Assembly (NCBI GenBank): GCA_963728915.1
Contig: CAVSLV010000001.1
Location: 1,280,001-1,344,000 of the forward strand
Length of the DNA stretch: 64,000 nt
DNA from: an uncultured Gemmatimonadales bacterium
GTDB taxonomy: Bacteria; Gemmatimonadota; Gemmatimonadetes; Gemmatimonadales; GWC2-71-9
Direction of reading: 5' to 3'
Under the pieces are notes generated by a model. That model saw only the letters and a program-made list of their open reading frames with translations, made no database searches and was not told the origin of the DNA. Position numbers and translations under genes: made by a program. Shown here piece by piece: positions 1 to 11,554 of the stretch. Each line of letters starts with the position of its first letter. Within the stretch, counting starts at the first letter, position 1.

Positions 1-1940
1 CGTCCCACCCGTGACGGGGCGATCAGACCGCTCTTGGGACCGACCGCCACGGAGAGCACATGCGATGAATCCTCCCGAACCACCAGGAGCTGGTATCGGC
101 CGGGTTCCCGATCCAGGGCGGTCACCCTGATGGAGTCGGCTGGCGCCAGCGATCGCAGCACGGAAGCGATCGCCTCGCTGGGAAGGTCCATTTCGTCGAG
201 CCGAAGCATCAGGGTGCTGGTTCCTTCCGGTGACCAGACCCCGAGCGAGATCGGGACGCCGGCAGAGTCCAGGTCCGATCGTTTCCAGATCGAATAGAGG
301 GAAGCCACCGACTCCGGGGGGGGCTGGTGCACCAGGATCCGCCCGAGCGCCTCGAGTTGGGCCCGGATCGCCGGATTTTCCGGTTGGGTCAGCCCCAGAA
401 TATCGGCCTGGGCGGCGTGCACCTTCGCCTGAGTCCCGGCTCCCCACGCCAGCACCGCGGCCAGGCTCCCGGCAGCGATACCGATTCCGGCCACCTGGGA
501 TCCGCGCGGCTGCGGCTGCAGGAGAGGAAGAATCGGCAGCAGCCAGAGGGCGAAGTACCACGAAGGCCACGAGGTGAAGGGGTGCCACAGGTAGTAACCC
601 GCCCCGGCGGCTCCCATGGCCAGCACCACGGTGGCGAGGAGCGGCAGGCGATGGAGCCGGGCCCGCTCCGGCTCCGGAACCGGAGCGAGCGCGAGCGAAA
701 GGAGCCCGGCCCCGAACAGGAACAGGGTGAGGTCCCAGATCAGGAAGAGCCGCACCGAGACGCCCCGGGGGGGAATCAGGATTCCTCCGCCTAACCCGGC
801 AAGGAGGAACGGCATGGCCAGCAGGAGGGCCGCCGCCGGCGCGCCCATCCATGGGGGAAGCCGCCAGCGCCGGAGAAAGCGGGCCAGCAGGAGCAGGGCC
901 AGGCCGGCCAGCGCCAGGGCCGCCGCCGAGGACGACACCGGCCCGAGCAGCGGACTTCGGTATACGGCGGGATCGAACCAGTCGGGAATCCCCAGGCTGT
1001 CGCCCAGGGGAGACCGGACCACCAGGGCCAGGGGAAGCAAGAGGACCAGCAGGCGCCCTAACCCGGCAGGCGCCAGGACCAGGGCGCCTCCCATGGTGAG
1101 CAGGAGGAGCCACCCGACCCGGAACGAGGCGAGGTCCCTCGCCCGGGCGATCGCCGCGCTCTGCTCCGGCGGCACGAACTGGACGCTGAAGAGCACCCGG
1201 GGGCCCGCCGTGGTGGGCATCTCGTAATCGAACACGTCCGAGATGTCGGGTGCCGCTTCGGGCGCCAGGATGCGCAGACCGACCTCGGTTTGTTCCCGGA
1301 ATCGGGCCGAGACGCTCCGATCCGCGTCGGGAACCACCGGATCGGCCCCGAGCAGGACCGTCCCGATCGCGGTCCGGCCGAGGGAGTCATGGCGCCGTAC
1401 CTCCAGGACGGCGTAGAATGGGGTGAGTCGAGCGTCGACCGAATCGCCCGCCGCCTCGGGGAGCAACCGGAACCGGCCGGCCCAGATTCGCGGTGTGCCG
1501 GTGGGCTCGAACACCATGACGCCCGATTCGAGCGCACCTCCACGAATGAGCAACCCGGCCGCGTCGAACCCTTCCTCCCGGGGAATGGCGCCGAGGAAGA
1601 GTGCTTTGGCCGCCAGGGAGTCGGCCCGAAGTCGCGCGGTAGTCAGATCGGCATTGAGGCGAGCCGAGGCCCGCTGGATCCGACGCTCCCGCTCACCCTG
1701 GGGACCGCTCCAGTGGTGCTCCAGGCGGTCCAGGGTCCGCTGGCTGATGCCAAGCAGAATCGCAGTCGCGGCGGGAAGCACAAGGAACCAGCTGTGCCGC
1801 CGGAGTCCGGCGACCACAAGCAGGAGCAGGAGCAGCCCGGCGATTCCCGCCCAGAGCCAGGACGGCGAACGCAGCCACTCGCCGAGACCAATCGTGGCGC
1901 CGGCGAGGAAAAGGACCCAGAGCGGAAAAGGACGCTTCAG
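1..1940 (-). CDS. Large polytopic membrane protein, 3' end outside window (possibly the N-terminal sensor region of a histidine kinase)
   Basis: Minus frame reads open in every segment translated between 1940 and the window edge (LKRPFPLWVLFLAG...GWLLLLTMGGALVL...) with many hydrophobic segments. It is missing from the ORF track because it has no stop. In-frame TAA lies just upstream, so the start is probably CTG at 1940. The kinase identity is a guess. Confidence 0.7.
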   Translation of the reverse strand, partial: MKRPFPLWVLFLAGATIGLGEWLRSPSWLWAGIAGLLLLLLVVAGLRRHSWFLVLPAATAILLGISQRTLDRLEHHWSGPQGERERRIQRASARLNADLTTARLRADSLAAKALFLGAIPREEGFDAAGLLIRGGALESGVMVFEPTGTPRIWAGRFRLLPEAAGDSVDARLTPFYAVLEVRRHDSLGRTAIGTVLLGADPVVPDADRSVSARFREQTEVGLRILAPEAAPDISDVFDYEMPTTAGPRVLFSVQFVPPEQSAAIARARDLASFRVGWLLLLTMGGALVLAPAGLGRLLVLLLPLALVVRSPLGDSLGIPDWFDPAVYRSPLLGPVSSSAAALALAGLALLLLARFLRRWRLPPWMGAPAAALLLAMPFLLAGLGGGILIPPRGVSVRLFLIWDLTLFLFGAGLLSLALAPVPEPERARLHRLPLLATVVLAMGAAGAGYYLWHPFTSWPSWYFALWLLPILPLLQPQPRGSQVAGIGIAAGSLAAVLAWGAGTQAKVHAAQADILGLTQPENPAIRAQLEALGRILVHQPPPESVASLYSIWKRSDLDSAGVPISLGVWSPEGTSTLMLRLDEMDLPSEAIASVLRSLAPADSIRVTALDREPGRYQLLVVREDSSHVLSVAVGPKSGLIAPSRVG

Positions 1941-2576
1941 ATGACGCGACCGTTACGACTGAAAGAGATGATTCCGGCGCGTGCGATCGAAGTGTTCATG
2001 CGGATCCCCCGTTTGTTGATCCCAGCGGGAACCCTGGAAAGCCGGGGACCCCACCTTCCCCTCGGGTGCGATTCCGTCATCCTGGATCGACTCGCAGACG
2101 ATCTGTCGGCGGCGACCGGAATCGCCCGGGCCCCAACCCTGGAATTCGGGGTCCACACCGCTGCGGAGGAGACGCATCCTGGCACTGCCGCGCTCAGCCG
2201 GAAGACCCTCCACCGGGCTGTCAACGAACTTATCGCGGTGTGGGAAGAGGTGGCAGGAGTCCGGGACACGCTCATCCTCACCGCGCACGCGGCCGATCCC
2301 CACCTGGAGGCGCTTTCCACCATCAGAACGATCGGGCGGGTCAGGGTGGTCGACATCCTCGCGCTCGAAAGCCTGCTCCCGATCCGGGAAATCCAGACCG
2401 GGCCGTGGCACGGCGGCGAGATCGACACTTCCCTCATGTTGTACCTGGCGCCCGAGCTGGTCGACGCCTCCCGGATCCCCCCGCTCCTTCCCATGAGCGC
2501 GGAGAAAGGAGCAAGATTCTACGAAGCAATCAGACGAACCCTTCTCGACCTTCTGTCTGAGTTGGTTAAGTCATAG
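1941..2576 (+). CDS. Creatininase/creatinine amidohydrolase family protein
   Basis: C-terminal part of ORF 1290..2576; motifs LIPAGTLESRGPHLPLGCD, HPGT, HGGEIDTS; AAGGA before ATG 1941. Confidence 0.85.
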   Translation: MTRPLRLKEMIPARAIEVFMRIPRLLIPAGTLESRGPHLPLGCDSVILDRLADDLSAATGIARAPTLEFGVHTAAEETHPGTAALSRKTLHRAVNELIAVWEEVAGVRDTLILTAHAADPHLEALSTIRTIGRVRVVDILALESLLPIREIQTGPWHGGEIDTSLMLYLAPELVDASRIPPLLPMSAEKGARFYEAIRRTLLDLLSELVKS

Positions 2577-2669
2577 CGCGCTTTTATCTTACACCTGCTT
2601 CGTCACAAGCTGAAACTCAGGCGGTTGCCGCTACGTTCTACCACTGTGGATCATCTGGAGTATTCCCGA

Positions 2670-4241
2670 ATGCCTAACATGGTACGCCGACTCTCCATGC
2701 TCTCGTTGTGTTCTCTCGCCTTTCCCCTGGCGCTCGACGCCCAGCAGCCGGCGCCCCCAGCCGCCCCGGCGCGAGCCGAGCAGACCGTGAGTCTCTCGCT
2801 GAGTGAGGCATTCGACCAGGCTCGCCGACACAGCCCGGCCTACCGTCAAGTGCTGAACGATGCCGGCCCGGCGAGCTGGAGCGTACGGAACGCCTACGGA
2901 GGGTTGATTCCGACCTTCGACGTGAGCAGCGCGATGTCCTATGTCGGGTCGGGCCGGAGCACGTTCGGGGGCACCACGTTCCAGCAGAATTCGCCTTCCC
3001 TCAACTCGAGCTATTCCCTCTCGTTCAACTGGACCCTGTCGGGAGCTCGGTTCACCGCGACCGGGCAGCAGAAGGCGAACCGGAACGCGACGGACGCCGA
3101 TATCGCCAACTCCCTGGAGGCGCTCCGCAGCGACATCACCCAGCAGTACCTCACCGCGCTCCAGTCAGTTGCCCAGACGGAAGTGGCCCGACAACAGGTG
3201 CAGCGGAACGCCGATTTCCTCGCGCTCGCCCGAGCCCGCTACCAGGTGGGCCAGGCCACCATGCTCGACGTCCGCCAGGCCGAAGTCACCAAGGGACAAT
3301 CGGACGTCGCCCTGCTGCGCGCCCAGCAGACCGAGAACGAGGCCAAGCTGGAGCTGTTCCGCCGGATGGGGGTATTCCTGCCCACTCCACCCGAAGCGGT
3401 GGCCCTGACCGATTCCTTCCCGGTCACCACGCCGCAGTTCGATCAGCAGCAGCTGCTGCAGATGGCCAAGGACGAGAATCCTTCGCTCAAGGCCTTGCGG
3501 GCGCGGGAGACCGCCTCGGTGTGGAGCCTTCGCTCTGCCAAGACCACGTTCCTTCCGACCTTGAGCGCCTCGGCCTCGATCTCGGGTTACACTCAGCAGT
3601 TCACCAACGAAACGCTCTTTCTCGGAGGCCGGCTTTCGGGCGCGCAGTCCACCGCCGACAACTGCCGGTTCCAGAATGCCATCATCAGCAATCTGCCGAG
3701 CGGCGGCCTCCCGGGATTCGATAACGGCGGTCTGATCGACGACTGCAATGCCTTCGCGAATCTCGATCCGACCGGACAGGGGCTTGACCCGACGTTCCGC
3801 CAGCAGCTGATCGACAACAACCGGGTCTTCCCGTTCGCCTTCACCAGGCAGCCGTTCCAGGCCTCGGTCCGCGTTTCGCTGCCGATCCTGGACGGATTCT
3901 CCCGCAATCTCCAGGTCTCTCAGGCCAAGGCGGCGCGGGAGGACATGGAAGAGAGCGTTCGGGCTCAGGAGCTTCTGGTGGAGACCACGGTGGTTTCGCG
4001 GTACCTGGGCGTGCAGAGCAACTATGCCGCGATTCAGGTCCAGGAACAGAACCGCAACGCGGCCCGTGAACAGCTCCGGCTCGCCCAGGACCGGTACCGC
4101 CTTGGCGCCGGCTCCTCGCTCGAGGTCTCCGATGCCCAGGCGGCGGTGGCCCGTGCGGAAACTGATTACGTGAACGCCGTGTACGAATACCACAAATCCA
4201 TCGCGCTGCTCGAGCTGGCGGTGGGCCGCCCCCTGCGCTAA
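2670..4241 (+). CDS. TolC-family outer membrane efflux protein
   Basis: Signal peptide; two OEP repeats (ARARYQVGQATMLDVRQAE, AQDRYRLGAGSSLEVSDAQ); GGAG before ATG 2670. Confidence 0.92.
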   Translation: MPNMVRRLSMLSLCSLAFPLALDAQQPAPPAAPARAEQTVSLSLSEAFDQARRHSPAYRQVLNDAGPASWSVRNAYGGLIPTFDVSSAMSYVGSGRSTFGGTTFQQNSPSLNSSYSLSFNWTLSGARFTATGQQKANRNATDADIANSLEALRSDITQQYLTALQSVAQTEVARQQVQRNADFLALARARYQVGQATMLDVRQAEVTKGQSDVALLRAQQTENEAKLELFRRMGVFLPTPPEAVALTDSFPVTTPQFDQQQLLQMAKDENPSLKALRARETASVWSLRSAKTTFLPTLSASASISGYTQQFTNETLFLGGRLSGAQSTADNCRFQNAIISNLPSGGLPGFDNGGLIDDCNAFANLDPTGQGLDPTFRQQLIDNNRVFPFAFTRQPFQASVRVSLPILDGFSRNLQVSQAKAAREDMEESVRAQELLVETTVVSRYLGVQSNYAAIQVQEQNRNAAREQLRLAQDRYRLGAGSSLEVSDAQAAVARAETDYVNAVYEYHKSIALLELAVGRPLR

Positions 4242-4256
4242 GGGAGAGGATCGCTC

Positions 4257-5561
4257 ATGTCACGTCGTGCCAAGTGGACGCTGGGTCTCACCATTCTCGT
4301 CGTCGTATTCGGCGGGTTTATCGCCCTGAGCGCGGCCAAGAAGGGCAGCCGTGCCACCGAAGTGCGCCTCGACCCGGTGATGGCGCGCGATCTGGTCTCG
4401 ACCGTGACGGCCAGCGGGCGGGTCGAAGCCAAGACCAAGGTCGATATCAGCGCGGATATCACCGGCCGGATCACCAAAATCGGAGTCAAGGAAGGCGATC
4501 TGGTCGAGAAGGGTCAGTTCCTCCTTCAGATCGACCCAGCCCAGTATCTCTCGATCGTGAGCCGGCTGGAAGGACAGGTCGCCTCGGCCGAGGCGGGGCT
4601 GGCCCAGGCGCAGACCAATCGGGACCAGACCAAGCGGAGTCGCGATCGCTCGGTCGAGATCCAGAAGGCCAATCCGGAATTGATCGCGCGGGAAACCGTG
4701 GAACAGGCCGTCCAGGCCTACGACGTTGCGGAGGCCAACCTCCGCTCGGCCCAGGCGGGAGTGGATCAGGCCCGCGCTTCGCTGGCCGAGGCCCGCAGCA
4801 ATCTCGCCAAGACGAAGCTGGAGAGTCCGATTGCGGGACGAGTAGTTCGGCTGGCGGTCGAAGAGGGCGAAGTGGCGGTGCCGGGGACGTTCTCCCGCGA
4901 AACCGGTCTCCTCATGACTATCGCCGATCTTTCCGTGGTCCTGGCCAAGGTTCAGGTCGACGAGACCGACGTGGTGCGCCTCCATCTGGGCGACTCGGTC
5001 TCAGTGAGTATCGATGCGTTTCCCGATACTGCGTTCGTAGGCCGGGTGACCAAGGTCAGCCAGAGCGCCCAACTCGGCCAGGCCGGCACCTCGAGTGGAG
5101 GCACCACCGATCGCGCGGTCGACTTCACCGTTGAGGTGACGCTCGACCGTCCGCCCGAAGGCATCCGCCCCGATCTTTCGGCCACGGCCCGGATCATCAC
5201 CGACACCAGGAAACAGGTCCTGTCAGTGCCGATCATCGCGCTCACCGTGCGGGAGCATGAACCGGTTCCCAACGAGGTGACCAAGGGAACCGGCACTCCC
5301 CTCGGCGCGCCGTCCACCGCCCTGACCGCGGCCCAGCGGAAGCAGAACGAGAAGGAGGGCGTGTTCCTCGTCAAGAACGGCGTCGCCACGTTTCAGCCGG
5401 TGCGGATCGGGATCACCGGCGAAGAGCACTTCGAGGTGCTCGAAGGCCTGCACGCCGGCGACACCGTGGTCGCGGGACCGTATCAGGCGGTGCGAGACAT
5501 GAAGGACAGCACCAAGGTCCGTCAGCAGCGGGAGATCAAGCCGCAGGGCAAACCGCAATGA
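4257..5561 (+). CDS. MacA-like periplasmic adaptor (membrane fusion protein)
   Basis: N-terminal [19 protein letters not shown] lipoyl half-motif; coiled hairpin; SPIAGRV. Confidence 0.93.
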   Translation: MSRRAKWTLGLTILVVVFGGFIALSAAKKGSRATEVRLDPVMARDLVSTVTASGRVEAKTKVDISADITGRITKIGVKEGDLVEKGQFLLQIDPAQYLSIVSRLEGQVASAEAGLAQAQTNRDQTKRSRDRSVEIQKANPELIARETVEQAVQAYDVAEANLRSAQAGVDQARASLAEARSNLAKTKLESPIAGRVVRLAVEEGEVAVPGTFSRETGLLMTIADLSVVLAKVQVDETDVVRLHLGDSVSVSIDAFPDTAFVGRVTKVSQSAQLGQAGTSSGGTTDRAVDFTVEVTLDRPPEGIRPDLSATARIITDTRKQVLSVPIIALTVREHEPVPNEVTKGTGTPLGAPSTALTAAQRKQNEKEGVFLVKNGVATFQPVRIGITGEEHFEVLEGLHAGDTVVAGPYQAVRDMKDSTKVRQQREIKPQGKPQ

Positions 5562-6261
5562 GCGACCTGGTCATTCAGATCCGGGATCTGACCCGGGTCT
5601 ACGCGATGGGGGTTGAAACGGTGCACGCGCTCCGGGGCGTCACGCTGGGCATTCGCCGGAACGAATACGTCGCCATCATGGGGCCCTCGGGCTCGGGCAA
5701 ATCGACCCTGATGAACCTGATCGGGTGCCTCGACACCCCGACCGGGGGCGAGTACTGGCTCAACGGCCAGGAAGTCTCCCGGATGGGCGACGACGCGCTG
5801 GCCCGGGTGCGGAACCGGGAAATCGGATTCGTCTTCCAGACCTTCAATCTGCTGCCGCGCGCTTCGGCGCTCCAGAACGTCGAGCTGCCCCTGGTGTACG
5901 GTGGTGTCAGCAGCCGGGAGCGACGCCAACGGGCAACCGAGGCCCTGGCCCGGGTCGGCCTGGCCGACCGGATGGACCACCGTCCCAACGAGCTCTCCGG
6001 CGGCCAGCGGCAACGGGTGGCCATCGCCCGTGCCCTGGTCAACCGCCCGGCGATCCTCCTCGCGGACGAGCCCACCGGCAATCTCGACAGTGCGACCAGC
6101 GAGGAGATCATGCGGGTCTTTTCGACCCTTCACGGCGAGGGCCAGACCGTCATCATGGTCACCCACGAGGCGGACATCGCGGCCCATGCGGCCCGGGTCG
6201 TCGTCCTCCGGGACGGCCGGGTCGCCAGCGATACACTGAGCGGCCAGGGCGCGGCGGCCTG

Positions 6262-6262
<1 letters not shown>
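5558..6262 (+). CDS. ABC ATP-binding protein, MacB/LolD type
   Basis: [43 protein letters not shown] overlap with the adaptor gene. Confidence 0.96.
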
Positions 6263-7499
<1,237 letters not shown>

Positions 7500-7503
<4 letters not shown>

Positions 7504-8744
7504 ATTCGGCTGCCCGCCTCCTCGAAGGCATGGGAATGGCTCTCGATTCGGTCCGCGCCAACAAGACCCGCGCGGCGCTGACGATTCTCGGGGTCGCCAT
7601 CGGCGTCATGGTGGTGATCGCGATGGCCTCGATGATCACGGGAATCAATCGCTCGGTCGAGAAGCAGCTGGAAACCCTCGGCCCGAAGACCTTTTTCGTC
7701 TTCCGGTTCTTCCAGGGCGGAATCGTGATCAGCGATGGATCGGACGAGATGTCGCCGTGGCGGCGGAACCCCTGGCTCACCACCGAGGAGGCGGACTACC
7801 TGCGCAGCCTGCCGGCGGTGCGGGACGTCGCGTACCGGGAGAATGCCAGTGGCCCGGTCAGCTACGGCGATCAGCGGCTGTCCTCCGTGTCGGTGATCGG
7901 AGGCACCACCAACTGGCTCCGGGTCACCGGGGGCGACCTGTCCTCGGGGCGGAACTGGAACGAAATCGAATTCGCCGCCGGCGCTCCCGTCGCGGTCATC
8001 AACGACAAGCTGGCCGAGACGTTTTTCCCCGGCATCGACCCGATCGGGAAACGGATCAAGATCTTCGGATACCCGATCGACGTCGTGGGCGTCTATGCCG
8101 ACGCCCAGAGCCTGTTCGGCGGCAGCGCGAGCCCGAGCATTCGATTGCCCCATACCACCTTCACCCGGATGGCGGATTACCAGAAAGGGTGGATGAATTT
8201 TGTGGTAATCCCCAGCGACACGGTGACTGTGGCGCAGGCGCAGGATGCGGTGATCTCCGCGCTCCGGGCCCGGCGCGGGCTTCGCCCCGCCCAGGAGAAC
8301 AACTTCGCGGTGGTCACCCAGGACAAGCTGCTCGACACCTTCAACAGCATCACCCGCGGCTTCTTCCTGGTGATGCTCGCGCTGTCCAGCGTGGGACTCA
8401 TGGTCGGGGGCGTAGGCGTCATCGCGATCATGATGATTTCGGTGACGGAGCGGACCCGGGAGATCGGAGTCCGCAAAGCCCTGGGAGCAACCCGTCGGGA
8501 GATCCTGTTCCAGTTCCTGGTGGAGGCCGCCTCGCTCACCCTGCTGGGCGGGTCGATCGGCATGGCCTTCGGCGCGCTCATCGCGTTCCTGGTCGGCCGC
8601 TTCACGCCGGTTCCCGCGGCGGTGCCGCTCTGGTCGGTCGCCGCCGCCCTGATCGTTTCGGCGATCACGGGAGTGTTCTTCGGGATGTATCCCGCCACCA
8701 AGGCCAGCCGGCTCGATCCGGTCGAAGCGCTGAGGTACGAGTAG
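7500..8744 (+). CDS. MacB/FtsX-family ABC permease (type B, copy 1)
   Basis: VGGVGVIAIMMISVTERTREIGVRKALGA; ends LDPVEALRYE. Confidence 0.94.
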
Positions 8745-9005
8745 GTGAGAGGTGAGAGGTGGAGACGCCTCATTGGCGAGCTCAGCCGGTAGGAGGTTCT
8801 CTTCAATCCCCAGCGCGAGTAGGTCAGCGGTTTCAACCGTGGATTCGCAGGCCACGGCTCGAATACCGCGGAGGCATGTGGCACCAGTGAGATCGAAGCG
8901 AATGTGAGGGAAAACTGCCCGTCCGCAGGCAGGAAGCAGTACCCGAGATATTGAATGCCGGGCCAGAATAACCCTGATCAGGGTTCCCCCTCTCACCTCT
9001 TACCT
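8743..9005. mobile_element. 263-bp MITE-like segment bounded by 20-bp inverted arms built from a GGTGAGA heptamer
   Basis: AGGTGAGAGGTGAGAGGTGG (8743-8762) pairs 18/20 with CCCCCTCTCACCTCTTACCT (8986-9005); perfect internal palindrome AACCCTGATCAGGGTT (8970-8985); no intact ORF; mobility not shown. Confidence 0.45.
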
Positions 9006-9012
9006 TTCGTGC

Positions 9013-10257
9013 ATGCGCTTCACAGAGGCAATCCTTCTCGCGCTGGAGACCATCCGGACCAGCAAGCTGCGCTCGTTCTTCACCCTGCTCGGCATCATCG
9101 TTTCGGTCGGGTTCCTGGTCGCGGTGGTCGCGATCATCCAGGGAATGAACTCCTACGTCCGCGACAATCTCCGCAGCAGCATGATCGGGACGAATACCTT
9201 CCAGGTCCGCCGGACTCCGCTGGTGATCGGGTTCCTCGATGATTCGATGGTCCGGGAGATCGCCAAGCGCCCCCGGATCACCCGGGAAGACGCCGAGCGG
9301 GTCCGCGCGGCCTTCCCCGACGCCGAAGCGGTCTCGCTGCAATCGGGATGGCCCGCTCCCATCGCGGACATCAATGCCAACGGCCGCACCCTGGGGAGCG
9401 TCACCGTGTTCGGGGTCACGCCCGAGTATCAGGTAGTTCAGGATTACCGCTTCGTCGAGGGCGAGGCCCTGACCGGGGCCGACGTCGCCGAGCGCCGCGC
9501 GGTCGCGGCGGTGGGCAGTGAAGTGGCCGAGAAGCTGTTCGACTACCCCGCGTACGCGCTGAACAAGACGCTTCGGATCGGTGGCCGCGAGGTGACCATC
9601 AAGGGCGTTATCGCGCCGAAGGGCCGGGTGCTGGGTCAATCGTTCGATGGGTTCGTGCTGATGCCGATCACCACGTTCGAATCCCTCTACGGACGCCGGC
9701 TCACGACCACCATCTCCATCAAGCTCCGCCCGGGTCAGTCGTTCCCCGAAGCGATGGGCAGGGCCGAGGAGGCGATGCGACTGGCGCACCAGCTCCATCC
9801 GGACGAGCCCGACGATTTTTCCCTGGACAAGGCCGACGCGCTGGTGGCTTTCTGGACCAGCCTCACCCAGGTCCTCTTCACTCTGATTCCCGCCGTGGTC
9901 GGCATCGGAATCGTGGTCGGTGGCATCGTGATCATGAACATCATGCTGATGTCGGTGAACGAGCGAACCCGGGAGATCGGGATCCGCAAATCCCTGGGCG
10001 CCAGGAATCGGGATATCCGCCGCCAGGTCCTGGTAGAAGCCATCATGCTCTCCTCGCTGGGCGGATTGCTGGGGATCCTGGGCGGAAGCCTGCTGGCCTT
10101 CCTGATCAGCAGCATCAGTCCGCTTCCGGCGCGCGTTACGGCCTGGTCGGTGGGGGTTGCTCTCGTCCTGGGCGCCGGCACCGGGATTCTTTTCGGAGTG
10201 TACCCGGCCACCCGCGCGGCCCGGCTCGACCCGATCGTCGCGTTGCGTCAGGAGTAG
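9013..10257 (+). CDS. MacB/FtsX-family ABC permease (type A, copy 2)
   Basis: KLRSFFTLLGIIVSV; VGGIVIMNIMLMSVNERTREIGIRKSLGA; ends LRQE. Confidence 0.94.
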   Translation: MRFTEAILLALETIRTSKLRSFFTLLGIIVSVGFLVAVVAIIQGMNSYVRDNLRSSMIGTNTFQVRRTPLVIGFLDDSMVREIAKRPRITREDAERVRAAFPDAEAVSLQSGWPAPIADINANGRTLGSVTVFGVTPEYQVVQDYRFVEGEALTGADVAERRAVAAVGSEVAEKLFDYPAYALNKTLRIGGREVTIKGVIAPKGRVLGQSFDGFVLMPITTFESLYGRRLTTTISIKLRPGQSFPEAMGRAEEAMRLAHQLHPDEPDDFSLDKADALVAFWTSLTQVLFTLIPAVVGIGIVVGGIVIMNIMLMSVNERTREIGIRKSLGARNRDIRRQVLVEAIMLSSLGGLLGILGGSLLAFLISSISPLPARVTAWSVGVALVLGAGTGILFGVYPATRAARLDPIVALRQE

Positions 10258-10259
10258 CG

Positions 10260-11492
10260 GTGAGCGCCATCGGCGAGGGACTGGCGGTGGCGGCGGCCAA
10301 CCTGCGCGCCAACAAGCTCCGCTCCTTTCTGACCATCCTCGGCGTGGTCATCGGGGTCGCGACCGTGATGATCATGGCGTCGCTGGTCGACGGGGTCCGC
10401 ACTCAGGTCTTCAACGCCCTGAATGCCGCGACCCCCAACGCGTTCTACGTGATGCGGTTCTTCTCCCAGACGCCGCTCAACCCGCAGAATCTTCCCTACG
10501 AGGTGCGCATCCGCCCGGTGGTGGACGAGGAGGACGCCGCCGCGATTCGCCGGGCCGACGACATCCGGCACGCCGGGTTATGGCTCCAGTCCATGGTCCG
10601 GATCGAATACCGGGACCAGCGCTCCCAGAATGTGTGGGTCCTGGGCGCCGACGACGCCTACATGGAGATCAAGGGCGGCACCGTGGCGCAGGGCCGCTTC
10701 TTCACCGAGGCGGAGCTCCACGGGGCCGAGGTCGCGGTGCTCGAGCAGGAGATGGCCCGGCGGCTGTTCGGGCAGACCAATCCCATCGGGGAGACCGTGA
10801 AGATCGGGGGGCGCCCCTTCCGGGTGGTGGGGATCTGGCAGCAACCCGACAACGTATTCCAGCCGCCCGGGTTCACCATCGGCGCCATCGTGCCCTATGA
10901 GGTCGCCAAGCACTCGTTCCGGTACAGCGACACCAACGACCTGTTCATCGTCGTGGTGGGCCGTTCCGGGATCCCGGTGACCGAAGCCGAGGATCAGGCC
11001 ACGGTGGCGCTCCGCCGGGAACGCGGGCTCCGCCCAGGAATGCCCAACACCTTCGACTTCATCACCCAGGACCAGATCCTCGACACCATGAACTCGCTCA
11101 CCTCGATGTTCTTCCTGGTGATGACCGCGGTGTCGAGCGTCGCCCTCCTGGTGGGCGGGATCGGAGTCATGGCGATCATGATGGTCTCGGTGACCGACCG
11201 CACCCGCGAGATCGGGCTCCGGATGGCCTGCGGGGCAAGGCGGCGGGAGATCCTCTGGCAGTTTCTGGTGGAAGCGGCCTCCCTGACTCTTCTCGGCGGG
11301 CTCCTCGGCATCCTGATCGGGCTCAGCTCGGGCCAGCTGCTCAAGCGGCTGCTGAACATGGTCTCGGGGGTCCCGATCTGGAGCGCCGTCCTTGCGACCC
11401 TGGTGTCGATCGGGATTGGGCTCGCGTTCGGGCTACTGCCGGCGAATCGGGCGGCTCGAATGGACCCCGTGGAAGCGCTGAGACATGAGTAG
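10260..11492 (+). CDS. MacB/FtsX-family ABC permease (type B, copy 2)
   Basis: VGGIGVMAIMMVSVTDRTREIGLR; ends MDPVEALRHE. Confidence 0.94.
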   Translation: MSAIGEGLAVAAANLRANKLRSFLTILGVVIGVATVMIMASLVDGVRTQVFNALNAATPNAFYVMRFFSQTPLNPQNLPYEVRIRPVVDEEDAAAIRRADDIRHAGLWLQSMVRIEYRDQRSQNVWVLGADDAYMEIKGGTVAQGRFFTEAELHGAEVAVLEQEMARRLFGQTNPIGETVKIGGRPFRVVGIWQQPDNVFQPPGFTIGAIVPYEVAKHSFRYSDTNDLFIVVVGRSGIPVTEAEDQATVALRRERGLRPGMPNTFDFITQDQILDTMNSLTSMFFLVMTAVSSVALLVGGIGVMAIMMVSVTDRTREIGLRMACGARRREILWQFLVEAASLTLLGGLLGILIGLSSGQLLKRLLNMVSGVPIWSAVLATLVSIGIGLAFGLLPANRAARMDPVEALRHE

Positions 11493-11493
11493 A

Positions 11494-11554
11494 GGCGGAC
11501 CGGCGGACCGGCGGACTGGGCGCCGAGCTCTAGCTGCCTGTCCGCCCGTCCGTC
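11494..11554. repeat. (GGCGGACN)x3 followed by inverted copies; hairpin between convergent genes
   Basis: GGCGGACC GGCGGACC GGCGGACT at 11494-11517; GCCTGTCCGCCCGTCCGTC at 11536-11554 followed by a T run. Confidence 0.75.

Noticed and set aside
316..323. G8 tract as a frameshift or phase-variation site in the first gene
   Set aside because: The minus frame stays open across it (HQPPPESV); no evidence of a break
1290..1940. N-terminal extension of the creatininase ORF
   Set aside because: Antisense to the membrane protein gene; family similarity begins at Met 1941
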